Positions 55,933 to 64,000 of a stretch of DNA of 64,000 nt are shown here, piece after piece. Where the stretch lies: IMG/VR virus record IMGVR_UViG_3300046744_000223, positions 96,001-160,000 of that record; one strand, given 5' to 3'. This DNA comes from a virus. Position numbers and translations under genes: made by a program. The notes beneath the pieces were generated by a model, which was given only the letters and a program-made list of their open reading frames with translations, was not told the DNA's origin and ran no database searches. The stretch's first letter is position 1. Every line of letters starts with the position of its first letter.

Positions 55933-57159
55933 CTAAAGATTGACCTTAACCATATCTTTGTAATTATCTCCAATTTCAATGTCAGTTGGAAACCCACCGG
56001 ACTCCATAACTTTTTTTATTTCTAAAATATATTCAATACCATCATCAGAATCCACATCAAACAATATTGAGTCATATGTGTATAATATAGGTAGTGATTT
56101 TTGAGAGCTTTTCATATTAGAGAGTTTCTCCAATATAAGTATGTTTCTTTCAGTCTCAACCGATTGTAAGATGTAATTAAATAACTTATTTTTATTCAAA
56201 TCCGTACTGAATGTCAGTTTTCTTTTAAGTAATGGTGTATAAATTGTCTTATTGATTAAGAACTCACTCCAAAGCGACTCTATATACTCTGAGGTCTTAC
56301 TAAAGAATGGGATGTGTTTGTATTCATCTTGAACCCCACCATACAATTGTCTAAATGTGATTGCTTTTGCGTCTTTGAGGTCTGCCCCATATTGGTCTGC
56401 TAACCACTTATGTGCTTTAATGTCCAATGGTATTTCTACACCAATCAAACTACCAATAAGTCGTAAGTGGTATCCATCAAAATCTAATTGATACAATTTA
56501 CCACCCTCAAATCGTGATATGAACCTCTTACGAACATCACCATCTTTTGGAAGTGCTGCATAGTTAATACCACCAAAGGTGTTTGATGGTCGGGATGTGG
56601 TAGTGAACATATTATATTGACTATACTCCATACCACCTTGTGTATACAACCCACTTTGCTCTATCCAATTAAGACATTTAGGATACAACTTACTAAATTT
56701 ACTTGAGGTCGGATTTTGAGACCACATAACTTTCCAATCTTGGAATTGTTCATAGTGTTTCCAAATTGGAATGAGGTCATTTGCTTTGGGAGCTTTACGT
56801 CTTCTAAAGATTGTATATATAGGTCGTTCTTCTACATCGAAATCCTTCGCCTGATGGAATAACTCCATTTCAAGGTCGGACATTGTAGGTAGGTAGTCGT
56901 AATGGTGTAAGAACTCTTTTAAACCAACCACACATACCTCTTCGAATTGACTGAAGTCTATTGGGTCAGTTACATAACCTGCGTCTATATTATTGTAGTT
57001 TACAAAAATGTCAATATCACCATCAGATATCAAAATAGACGATATACGGGAAAGATGAGGGTGTTTCACCAAACTTGTTAGAATGGGAAACACCAACACC
57101 TTACTTGACAGGGCAGAGATGCGTTTATGTAATCGTTCGTTTGTATCTACTATCTTCAC
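55933..57159 (-). CDS. Compact family A DNA polymerase-like protein
   Basis: TTTSRPS, motif A LDFDGYHLR, motif B AKAITFRQLYG, motif C YTYDSILF. Confidence 0.75.
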   Translation of the reverse strand: MKIVDTNERLHKRISALSSKVLVFPILTSLVKHPHLSRISSILISDGDIDIFVNYNNIDAGYVTDPIDFSQFEEVCVVGLKEFLHHYDYLPTMSDLEMELFHQAKDFDVEERPIYTIFRRRKAPKANDLIPIWKHYEQFQDWKVMWSQNPTSSKFSKLYPKCLNWIEQSGLYTQGGMEYSQYNMFTTTSRPSNTFGGINYAALPKDGDVRKRFISRFEGGKLYQLDFDGYHLRLIGSLIGVEIPLDIKAHKWLADQYGADLKDAKAITFRQLYGGVQDEYKHIPFFSKTSEYIESLWSEFLINKTIYTPLLKRKLTFSTDLNKNKLFNYILQSVETERNILILEKLSNMKSSQKSLPILYTYDSILFDVDSDDGIEYILEIKKVMESGGFPTDIEIGDNYKDMVKVNL

Positions 57160-57164
57160 AAAGA

Positions 57165-57196
57165 CTAATATACGAAATTATTCGTTAGTATCCAAA
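57165..57196 (-). promoter_or_regulatory. TTTG-N20-TATATTAG promoter
   Basis: Exact motif 5 nt upstream of PolA-like GTG. Confidence 0.75.
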
Positions 57197-57367
57197 CTTT
57201 TTTGAACATCGTGTTGAACCTAAGTCGTAATGGTTTGGATTTTTACCCTTACCAATCAACATCTTTTTGCGAAGTTCCACCATGGTCTCCCACTCTTGGG
57301 AATTTAACCCCTCCCATTGAAGTTTGTTGGCCATTTTTAACCATTGTTCTTTTTCTACTTGTGTCAT
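57185..57367 (-). CDS. Hypothetical protein
   Basis: ORF in early small-gene cluster. Confidence 0.5.
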   Translation of the reverse strand: MTQVEKEQWLKMANKLQWEGLNSQEWETMVELRKKMLIGKGKNPNHYDLGSTRCSKKFGY

Positions 57368-57370
57368 ATC

Positions 57371-57586
57371 CTAACGATAAAGGGTTACTACACTACCGAA
57401 GTAGTGGTCAAATACTTTGATTAAGTTTTCATAGTCACCATTCTTCATTTCATTCAAAATGAAACTCTCATTGAAATCGAGTTGGCGAGCCAGTTTCTTA
57501 GCAGTCCCAAGAAGGAAAAATGCGTTACCTTGAGGACCTGTTAGGTCAATTGTGATACCTTGACTTTTTGGTTTCTGAACTATCAT
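57371..57586 (-). CDS. Conserved small phage protein (IDLTGPQGNAF motif)
   Basis: DL.GP.GNAF.LLG...M..GDYE.L...F motif. Confidence 0.7.
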   Translation of the reverse strand: MIVQKPKSQGITIDLTGPQGNAFFLLGTAKKLARQLDFNESFILNEMKNGDYENLIKVFDHYFGSVVTLYR

Positions 57587-57589
57587 ATC

Positions 57590-57862
57590 TTACTTGTTTA
57601 CTTCAATCATATTCATAGGAACTGTGTAAGTCCCATACCCATTCAACACTTTTAGAACGGCCTTAGTTCGGTTGATTTTCTCAACTCGGAGTTGTTTACC
57701 CTTTAACTTAGGGTGGTTAACACTCACATTAGCACCAATGTAAAGTTCTTCTTTAATACTAAGTGCATTTTCACTTTTTTTCATCTTAATCACTTCAACT
57801 ACTTTGTTGTTTAACACTCGTAGTTGTTCGATACTCAACTGATTTAATTCTTGATAGGTCAT
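57590..57862 (-). CDS. Hypothetical protein (SH3/KOW-like C-terminus)
   Basis: IGANV...VEKINRTKAV. Confidence 0.6.
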   Translation of the reverse strand: MTYQELNQLSIEQLRVLNNKVVEVIKMKKSENALSIKEELYIGANVSVNHPKLKGKQLRVEKINRTKAVLKVLNGYGTYTVPMNMIEVNK

Positions 57863-57915
57863 AATTTTTATTTTTTATTTTTTATTATCGTGGTAACATC
57901 CCCACATCAACAGTA

Positions 57916-57971
57916 CTAATATAGTGATTAATATTGAAATCACCAAACTTTTAATGTTAAGAAATTGTTAA
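57916..57971 (-). promoter_or_regulatory. TTTG-N20-TATATTAG promoter plus TTAACA-N5-TTAACA box
   Basis: Promoter 57916-57947; repeat 57955-57971. Confidence 0.75.
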
Positions 57972-57974
57972 AGT

Positions 57975-58310
57975 TTAGTAACCTATGAATTCAAGTTCAA
58001 CTGAAGGAACTATACCTTTTGTTACTCCATAGGGGTACTCTTCGTTTAACCAATAGTTTTCAACCATCCCTAACTCTCTAAGAGACTCATTGTAGATGTC
58101 TTCCATCTCAAACCCAATACCATATCCACTTGGACAAATCACTGAAGCAACGTCTCTTAGAAGTTCCTCGTTTTCAGTTTTCATAGCATTGTTCAAAGCC
58201 AACCTCAACTCAGCTTTCATCAAGTCGGATACTTTGTCATTGTGGTCGTACATTTCAACATTCCATGGTTTCGTGATTTCGATACCATATTTAATTTCTT
58301 TTACTTTCAT
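57975..58310 (-). CDS. Hypothetical protein
   Basis: ORF with own promoter. Confidence 0.6.
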   Translation of the reverse strand: MKVKEIKYGIEITKPWNVEMYDHNDKVSDLMKAELRLALNNAMKTENEELLRDVASVICPSGYGIGFEMEDIYNESLRELGMVENYWLNEEYPYGVTKGIVPSVELEFIGY

Positions 58311-58332
58311 AACTTATCTATCTTTTACATAG

Positions 58333-58387
58333 TAAAGATACGAAAATTATTTGGATATACCAAATTTTAATGTTAAGAAATTGTTAT
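58333..58387 (-). promoter_or_regulatory. TTTG-N20-TATCTTTA promoter plus ATAACA-N5-TTAACA box
   Basis: Promoter 58333-58364; repeat 58371-58387. Confidence 0.7.
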
Positions 58388-58923
58388 TATTTTAAGAATT
58401 CTGAATAGTTAGTGATGTAGTTTGAAAGTCCTTTTATGGTTTCATTACCTAACTCTATCTGCTTGCGATTTACAAAGTCAGCGTTGTCTACCAATTTCCA
58501 TCTAACTTCTGTTTTTTTATAGAACTCGGTACTAATAGTAGAATAAACATCTTTATTAACTTCAGTGATTACATCATTAAAATGACGTTTTACAAAATAA
58601 CGAATAAAGTAACCATTTACATAATCCGATTCTATTGGTGTTGAAATACCATACACAGCAAAGTTGAAACTAACATCAAGCTTATTTAGAGAATCGTATT
58701 TAAATTTTTCAGAATTATCTATAAGTGATAGGTCAACATACTTTATTAATTTTTCAGATACACCTTTTAAGTAAGCTCCTTTAGTAAAAACCTCACCAGT
58801 ACTATATGTATGGTAATCGCCAATATATTCAGTACCATCAGGTGACATCCACTCCTTACCTTGAGTGTAAAGTCCGTTTTGAATTTGACCTTTGGGATAA
58901 TATACTTTTAATCGTTTAGCCAT
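58387..58923 (-). CDS. Hypothetical virion-associated protein
   Basis: LYT.G.E....G.EY.G.YH motif; downstream of baseplate genes. Confidence 0.6.
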   Translation of the reverse strand: MAKRLKVYYPKGQIQNGLYTQGKEWMSPDGTEYIGDYHTYSTGEVFTKGAYLKGVSEKLIKYVDLSLIDNSEKFKYDSLNKLDVSFNFAVYGISTPIESDYVNGYFIRYFVKRHFNDVITEVNKDVYSTISTEFYKKTEVRWKLVDNADFVNRKQIELGNETIKGLSNYITNYSEFLK

Positions 58924-60779
58924 TATTGAGCATCCAATTTTAAGAATCCAGTAAAGCTTGTTTCCCAATTACCTTGTCCATCAAAGCTATGTTCCATTTT
59001 ACCTACACAAAAATATTTACCTGCGCCGATGTATTTTGTAGGTAACCCATCGAAACTAAATGTATCACCAATATTTGTACCCCATACACCATAACAAGTT
59101 ACAGATAAGTCAATCATGTATCTGTAACCGGTATCAGTACCAGTTGGAGCTGGTTTATTACTTATGTATGACTTCATAATATCTTTAAGTCCTTGAGAAC
59201 GTTCCGCTGATAACCCTGTACCTAATTCTTCTTTTTTCTTTTGAATGTCATCTAATGTTATTTGTACAGGTGGTGCGTTTGTTTCAAGATTAGGACCACA
59301 ATCGTTATATAGATTATCAAACGCGCCTTTAGGTATCTCCCCCCCACGATTTGATACCAATGCTGCTGCGGCCATATCAGAATCCATATTTGATGATAAG
59401 TTGACTGATTTTAAAACAGAACCTAAGTCGTGAGTTTTAAACGTATAAGCGGCACTGATACCCTTTTGGTGTTCTGCTCTTTCATTTACTATTAAAAATT
59501 TATTAGAGTTCTTAAACCCATCATTGTATATTGTTAATGGATATAACCCACCAGTTAAATCTTTAATTGTTGCGCACAAAACTCTTAGGAAATTATTTAC
59601 ACTACTCTCACCCTTTGCATCTTTATCTTCCTTTGCTCTTTCAACCAATCGGTCTATGGTAGCGTTTATCAAATCCAACGATATCAGCATATCTTTTGCA
59701 TTACCATCAAAGCCAGTTCCGGTTGCTAAATTATTTTTAATACCATCATTGAAGGTTGTAGCCGCGGTTTCACCATAAGTTGCCATATCACCATCTAATA
59801 ATAATTTCGATGGGTCAGCTGATGCAAATTGTGGTATGAATTTTCCTTTTGCATCTCCAAACCCCCATTTGAATCCACTATTAGAATGTGCGGTATTGAT
59901 GACATCAATCAATTCACTAAATTTTACGTATTTAACAAACATATCATCAAAGTCTACGTTTACCATCCCCAATATTTTAAAATCTGCGCCAGATTTTGTT
60001 TGTATATTAGCTACGGCATACCCACCACTAAGCTTTGCTTCACCATCCGGTACAAAGTCCTTGGTGCCCCCCTTTTGTATGACACTCGACTCCTCATACT
60101 CTGGAAAGGCAGTTATAAATCTATTGTTTAATTCACTTGGAATGTTAAATGCCGTGATATCGTTATCTTCCTCATCTTTAACTGTAGTACCTTTACCGGC
60201 TAATGTCTGGTCCATGGCTAAAACAGCAGAGAATCTATTTTTACCAGTTAGTTTCAGATTACATGAGTAAACGCCACTTGCATCCATTGAAAATCCAAAG
60301 TTATATACGTTTGCCGACATTGATGACCCAAAACCTAACCCCTTGTACCCAAATGATAAAAGAACACCATTACCTACTCGGAAAAATGCAGCTTCATATG
60401 TTGCAAATTGACTTTTTGAATAACACTTGAATGATACATCAATATCAAATAGAGCGGAATCTGAAACATCGTTTGAACCATCATTGTTTATTCTAACAGA
60501 TTCTAATAATGGTTTACTTGGTACATCACGTGAACCATCTCTACTTATTAAAGAATTATACTTTTCAGAAGAATTTAGTGGGTTATCACCAAGGGTTACA
60601 CCAGAAGCAGGAGAACATAAACCTGCATTGTTAGTACCATTGGTTTGTATACTAATATACGCGTATTTTCCATAATTCCATATTTTCGAATTATCATCTG
60701 CATTTGGATTTTTTATATATTCGGATATTTTACCTAAATTACCACTTGCGCCGAAACTTGCTCTTGAAAATACTCCCAT
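58923..60779 (-). CDS. Putative baseplate hub / tail protein
   Basis: Context; C-terminal LSVTCYGVWG..IGDTF...LP..Y...F.V....HS....WET typical of hub proteins. Confidence 0.55.
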   Translation of the reverse strand: MGVFSRASFGASGNLGKISEYIKNPNADDNSKIWNYGKYAYISIQTNGTNNAGLCSPASGVTLGDNPLNSSEKYNSLISRDGSRDVPSKPLLESVRINNDGSNDVSDSALFDIDVSFKCYSKSQFATYEAAFFRVGNGVLLSFGYKGLGFGSSMSANVYNFGFSMDASGVYSCNLKLTGKNRFSAVLAMDQTLAGKGTTVKDEEDNDITAFNIPSELNNRFITAFPEYEESSVIQKGGTKDFVPDGEAKLSGGYAVANIQTKSGADFKILGMVNVDFDDMFVKYVKFSELIDVINTAHSNSGFKWGFGDAKGKFIPQFASADPSKLLLDGDMATYGETAATTFNDGIKNNLATGTGFDGNAKDMLISLDLINATIDRLVERAKEDKDAKGESSVNNFLRVLCATIKDLTGGLYPLTIYNDGFKNSNKFLIVNERAEHQKGISAAYTFKTHDLGSVLKSVNLSSNMDSDMAAAALVSNRGGEIPKGAFDNLYNDCGPNLETNAPPVQITLDDIQKKKEELGTGLSAERSQGLKDIMKSYISNKPAPTGTDTGYRYMIDLSVTCYGVWGTNIGDTFSFDGLPTKYIGAGKYFCVGKMEHSFDGQGNWETSFTGFLKLDAQ

Positions 60780-60784
60780 AACTA

Positions 60785-61081
60785 TTAACTATTTAATTGG
60801 TTGTACGCATTTACTATTTGTTCTATACTTTGTGGTATTCTTAATTGTTTACCAATTGGTACTACAAAATCACCATTACCAATATTATTTGCTCTTGCTA
60901 TAATCCACCAATACGATGATTTATTATAATACTTATAAGCTAACGTATCCAATCTATCACCTACCATACCTATTATGTATATATCACTATTTTGTGGTTC
61001 TATAATAGGTAATTTTACAGTAGACTTAAATCTACGGCCGTTTTTATCTTTACGGAGTTCTATGTCATCATATCTATTCAT
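60785..61081 (-). CDS. LysM-like baseplate wedge protein
   Basis: GDRLDTLAYKYY....WWIIARAN.....G.QLRIP. Confidence 0.75.
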   Translation of the reverse strand: MNRYDDIELRKDKNGRRFKSTVKLPIIEPQNSDIYIIGMVGDRLDTLAYKYYNKSSYWWIIARANNIGNGDFVVPIGKQLRIPQSIEQIVNAYNQLNS

Positions 61082-63814
61082 TTATGCTATATTTGAAACA
61101 TTAGGGGTATCAATAGGAGCGCCAACACCTGTAATATCAAGTGGTGGTACAAAGTCGTATAAGTTAGGAGTACTGTTTTCACTGTGAACTGCGTCACCTA
61201 CTAATGTGAGTCCAACTGAAACGTCTACAAATCTTGGGATGGTTATATCTTTTCTAATGTCCCAAGATACTTCATCGGACATTGTATACGATAGTGATGT
61301 TAACAACGAATTGTGATTTTTCCATAAATCACCCAATGTAAAACTAAGAACTCTTCCACGATAACCAGTACTACTCCCATAAAATGGCATTGCGAAGGTT
61401 GCTAATTGTTTTAACTTTTCCCACATTGGGACTAATTCCGCTTTCGAGTACGCCATTACTTTAAAATTAAATGATAATGTTCTTTCGAATTCAGTCATCA
61501 TATAAGCTTTATCAGCTCTACCATTTGGCTTTTCACCATTCCACGATGGTGAGAATGTTTCGGTAATTCCACTAACAGTTCCTCTAAATTGACATAGATT
61601 ACTACTATTGGTTTTAAATACCAGCTTAACGATATCATCTAATTCAGCATCACCTACGTTTGCCGTACCAATCGTATCAAGTCGGGTCTCTGATAAACGT
61701 TCTGCATTTGTTTTGAAGGTTTGTCCGAGGCCGTATTTTGTTATTAGATTATTTGCGGTATAATCATCACCAGCTACCGTGGCAGAATCAATATTATAAT
61801 TACTATCTTTTAGATTTCTAAAATCACCTTTGTAATCTGATGGATTGTCACCATTTGCTATTTTAGCTATCGTACCATATGATATTGCTTCGTAATCTTT
61901 TATATCATTACCAGGACCTTTAGTTTTACCATCAGATTTATACAATCCTCTGTTTTCAAACTTTTCATCAATTGGAATTGGTGATGCTTTTTGGGTTTGT
62001 TTAGCCAATGTGGTTTTAGTACCATCATCATTTGCTCTAAGACTATCATTTATTTGGAATTCATAACGTTTTTTAGCAAAAAGAACCGGATTATCTTTTT
62101 TATTTTTGGCATATGGTGAAGTCGGTCCTATTGAGAATCGATTCTCCAATCCGATATATGCGGTTGTATTACCATATCGTGTACCACTATTATCAAATGT
62201 ATTAATGAATCGTCTGGTTCTGGTCGTACCAATCCCATAAATTGAGTCAAATCCACCTTTAAGGTCTTCGTTAAGTGGTAATACATCATTACCGGTTCTT
62301 AGTTTAAAAATATTATATATCGTACGTAATGGGCTTACGTTAATAGAAGAGTTTGGATTATATTTCCAACCCTGCTTACCTATTGGAATTAAGTCGGGTC
62401 GGTCAAACTTTAATCCTAAGTGTTGGCCACCAAGGGATGCAAGTAGATTTATTGGAGTCCAAGTTTTGCCATATTTCTGACTACGTTGTAATCCAATTTG
62501 TCGTACACCCCACAATAATCCTTTTGCTGATAAAAAGAATGACCCAATACGGGCAACATCTACCAATGCTCGTGTAGTAGATGCTACAATACCACCTCTA
62601 ATTAGACCATCATCTATACCAAGACCAAAGTCCCAAAATTGAGGTTCACCTTTTGATATTTTTTTACGTTGTATACCACGAAGTATGTAAGGTGCTTTTA
62701 TTATGTTTAATGAGTTTGGCGAATCATCTTTAAGATTAAACTTATGATACATCTTATCTAAAAATGATGGTGAATTACGTTGCTCCATCGTATCACCAAT
62801 ACTTTTATATACATCAGAGTATCGATTCCCATCAGGAGTGTATTTTTGAGTATCACCAGTTACACCACCAGTTCTAAATTGACCATAACCTGCTTCAAAA
62901 GACAACCCAAGATTTACTTTTTGGAAATCAGAATACTTTGACAACTCTACTACAAACTCAGTTTTTTTAGACTCTTCATTTGTTGTAAATCCGGTTTTAA
63001 AGTTAGAGAACTTTGAAGAGTTTTGGTTGAACTCTTTAGGAGATGTAATTCCTGTAAATTTACTATCATCCATACGATTAAACTCAGAAGTAAACCCCTT
63101 TGCATGAACATCGGTAATGTAGTTTACTTCAGTTGGTGTAGTCTCACCTAAAAACTTTTCACTCAAATCAAAATCAGCTGGCGTAGTCTCACCTAAAAAC
63201 TTCTCTTCTAAGTTAAACTCAGTAGGAGTTGTTTCACCTAAGAACTTCTCTTCTGAGTTAAACTCAGTAGGAGTTGTTTCACCTAAGAACTTTTCGGTTA
63301 AACTAAATTCACTTGGCGTAGTCTCACCTAAGAAGTTTTGAATGAATCTGAATTCGGATGGAGTGGTTTCACCTTTGAACTTTTCCTCATTGGAGTAGTC
63401 TTGAGGAGTCGTTTGACCCTTAAATCTATCTCCTTGAGTAATATTTTCCGTTTTGGTTTCACCTTTAAATTTATCGCCTTGATTTACTTCTTGTGTTTCA
63501 GTTTGTCCTAAGTATCGTTCTTCCAACGACATTTTAGATGGGGTCGTTTCTCCCAAATAGTTTGATGAGTTATCAAACTTAGATGGTGTGACTTCTCCTA
63601 AGTGTTTTGATGAGTTATCAAACTTGGTTGGAGTTACACCTTGCTTAGGTGTAGTTGTATTTGATTTAGCGGCAGATGGAGACTTGTCCACAAGTTGGGA
63701 CAATGGAGTCTGATTAGTAGACTTAGGAATATCCACTCTCTTCTTGTCAGAAAGCGGTTTCTCTGTTGGTCTTCTAAACTTTGATAAATCTGATTTTAAA
63801 TCTTTTAATGCCAT
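61082..63814 (-). CDS. Tail/baseplate protein with N-terminal 15-aa repeats
   Basis: C-terminal FRG.V.GITE.FSP.W.....GRAD..Y....FERTLSFNF tube-initiator-like domain; repeats. Confidence 0.6.
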   Translation of the reverse strand: MALKDLKSDLSKFRRPTEKPLSDKKRVDIPKSTNQTPLSQLVDKSPSAAKSNTTTPKQGVTPTKFDNSSKHLGEVTPSKFDNSSNYLGETTPSKMSLEERYLGQTETQEVNQGDKFKGETKTENITQGDRFKGQTTPQDYSNEEKFKGETTPSEFRFIQNFLGETTPSEFSLTEKFLGETTPTEFNSEEKFLGETTPTEFNLEEKFLGETTPADFDLSEKFLGETTPTEVNYITDVHAKGFTSEFNRMDDSKFTGITSPKEFNQNSSKFSNFKTGFTTNEESKKTEFVVELSKYSDFQKVNLGLSFEAGYGQFRTGGVTGDTQKYTPDGNRYSDVYKSIGDTMEQRNSPSFLDKMYHKFNLKDDSPNSLNIIKAPYILRGIQRKKISKGEPQFWDFGLGIDDGLIRGGIVASTTRALVDVARIGSFFLSAKGLLWGVRQIGLQRSQKYGKTWTPINLLASLGGQHLGLKFDRPDLIPIGKQGWKYNPNSSINVSPLRTIYNIFKLRTGNDVLPLNEDLKGGFDSIYGIGTTRTRRFINTFDNSGTRYGNTTAYIGLENRFSIGPTSPYAKNKKDNPVLFAKKRYEFQINDSLRANDDGTKTTLAKQTQKASPIPIDEKFENRGLYKSDGKTKGPGNDIKDYEAISYGTIAKIANGDNPSDYKGDFRNLKDSNYNIDSATVAGDDYTANNLITKYGLGQTFKTNAERLSETRLDTIGTANVGDAELDDIVKLVFKTNSSNLCQFRGTVSGITETFSPSWNGEKPNGRADKAYMMTEFERTLSFNFKVMAYSKAELVPMWEKLKQLATFAMPFYGSSTGYRGRVLSFTLGDLWKNHNSLLTSLSYTMSDEVSWDIRKDITIPRFVDVSVGLTLVGDAVHSENSTPNLYDFVPPLDITGVGAPIDTPNVSNIA
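63119..63640 (-). repeat. ~12 tandem 45-bp (15-aa) GETTP.EF...EKFL repeats
   Basis: Visible in translation and DNA. Confidence 0.85.
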
Positions 63815-63818
63815 CTAA

Positions 63819-64000
63819 TTATCCCATCTGTTTATTAAATGATTTATTCATCGATTGTTTCTTAGTAATTTCACTAATTACTCTACCATCTACTACAATT
63901 TGAAGAGGTTGATTACCCATTGCAGCTGCCAGCTTGTCGTAGTCTATACCACCACCAGCACTACCACCTGCTAATTTACCAGCCATTGCCGCTGGATTAG
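63819..64000 (-). CDS. C-terminus of probable tape measure protein (partial)
   Basis: Translation ...GGGIDYDKLAAAMGNQPLQIVVDGRVISE...; position upstream of baseplate genes. Confidence 0.55.
   Translation of the reverse strand, partial: NPAAMAGKLAGGSAGGGIDYDKLAAAMGNQPLQIVVDGRVISEITKKQSMNKSFNKQMG

Noticed and set aside
439-62577. All plus-strand ORFs in the track
   Set aside because: Short antisense shadows of well-supported minus-strand genes, with no recognisable motifs.
63119-63640. 45-bp periodic repeats as a CRISPR array
   Set aside because: In-frame coding repeats with synonymous variation and no unique spacers; the Cas4-like nuclease at 31908 has no cas1/cas2 neighbours.
1-64000. Stop-codon reassignment as in some large Bacteroidota phages
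   Set aside because: Conserved genes are full length in the standard code, and TAG/TGA terminate genes at expected ends (e.g. helicase, KdsA).
1-64000. tRNA or rRNA genes
   Set aside because: Intergenic gaps are short and no cloverleaf or T-loop signature was recognised.

Overview
64 kb of an AT-rich, large (jumbo-type) tailed dsDNA phage genome. Essentially all credible genes lie on the minus strand in standard code. The host is very likely Bacteroidota (Flavobacteria-like), based on TTTG-N20-TATATTAG promoters, a type IX secretion C-terminal sorting domain and an Hc1-like protein. In transcription order (right to left): tail/baseplate genes (58.4-64 kb); small early genes and a compact PolA-like gene; a T4-like replication/recombination core (SSB, RecA/UvsX, 5'-3' exonuclease, DnaB-type helicase, NrdAB, thioredoxin, PolB, clamp, clamp loader); interleaved with it, a putative DNA-modification set (two Mom-family acyltransferases, a GT-B glycosyltransferase, a DUF4338/DruA-like protein, DUF1599, a MazG-like pyrophosphatase, a 2OG-Fe(II) oxygenase and a divergent GmrSD-like protein); a ~20 kb glycan-biosynthesis island (11.5-31 kb) with two parallel ulosonic-acid synthase/CMP-activation modules, GT29-like transferases and a carbamoyltransferase; an endolysin; a secreted/outer-membrane cassette with a T9SS cargo; and late genes with Glu-ending N-terminal leaders. 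The best candidates for new biology are the dual ulosonate glycosylation pathway (with a DAHP synthase carrying KPCT instead of KPRT), the tandem-Mom DNA modification locus together with strong GATC avoidance, and the T9SS cargo cassette. All annotations are by motif recognition only; no database searches were run.
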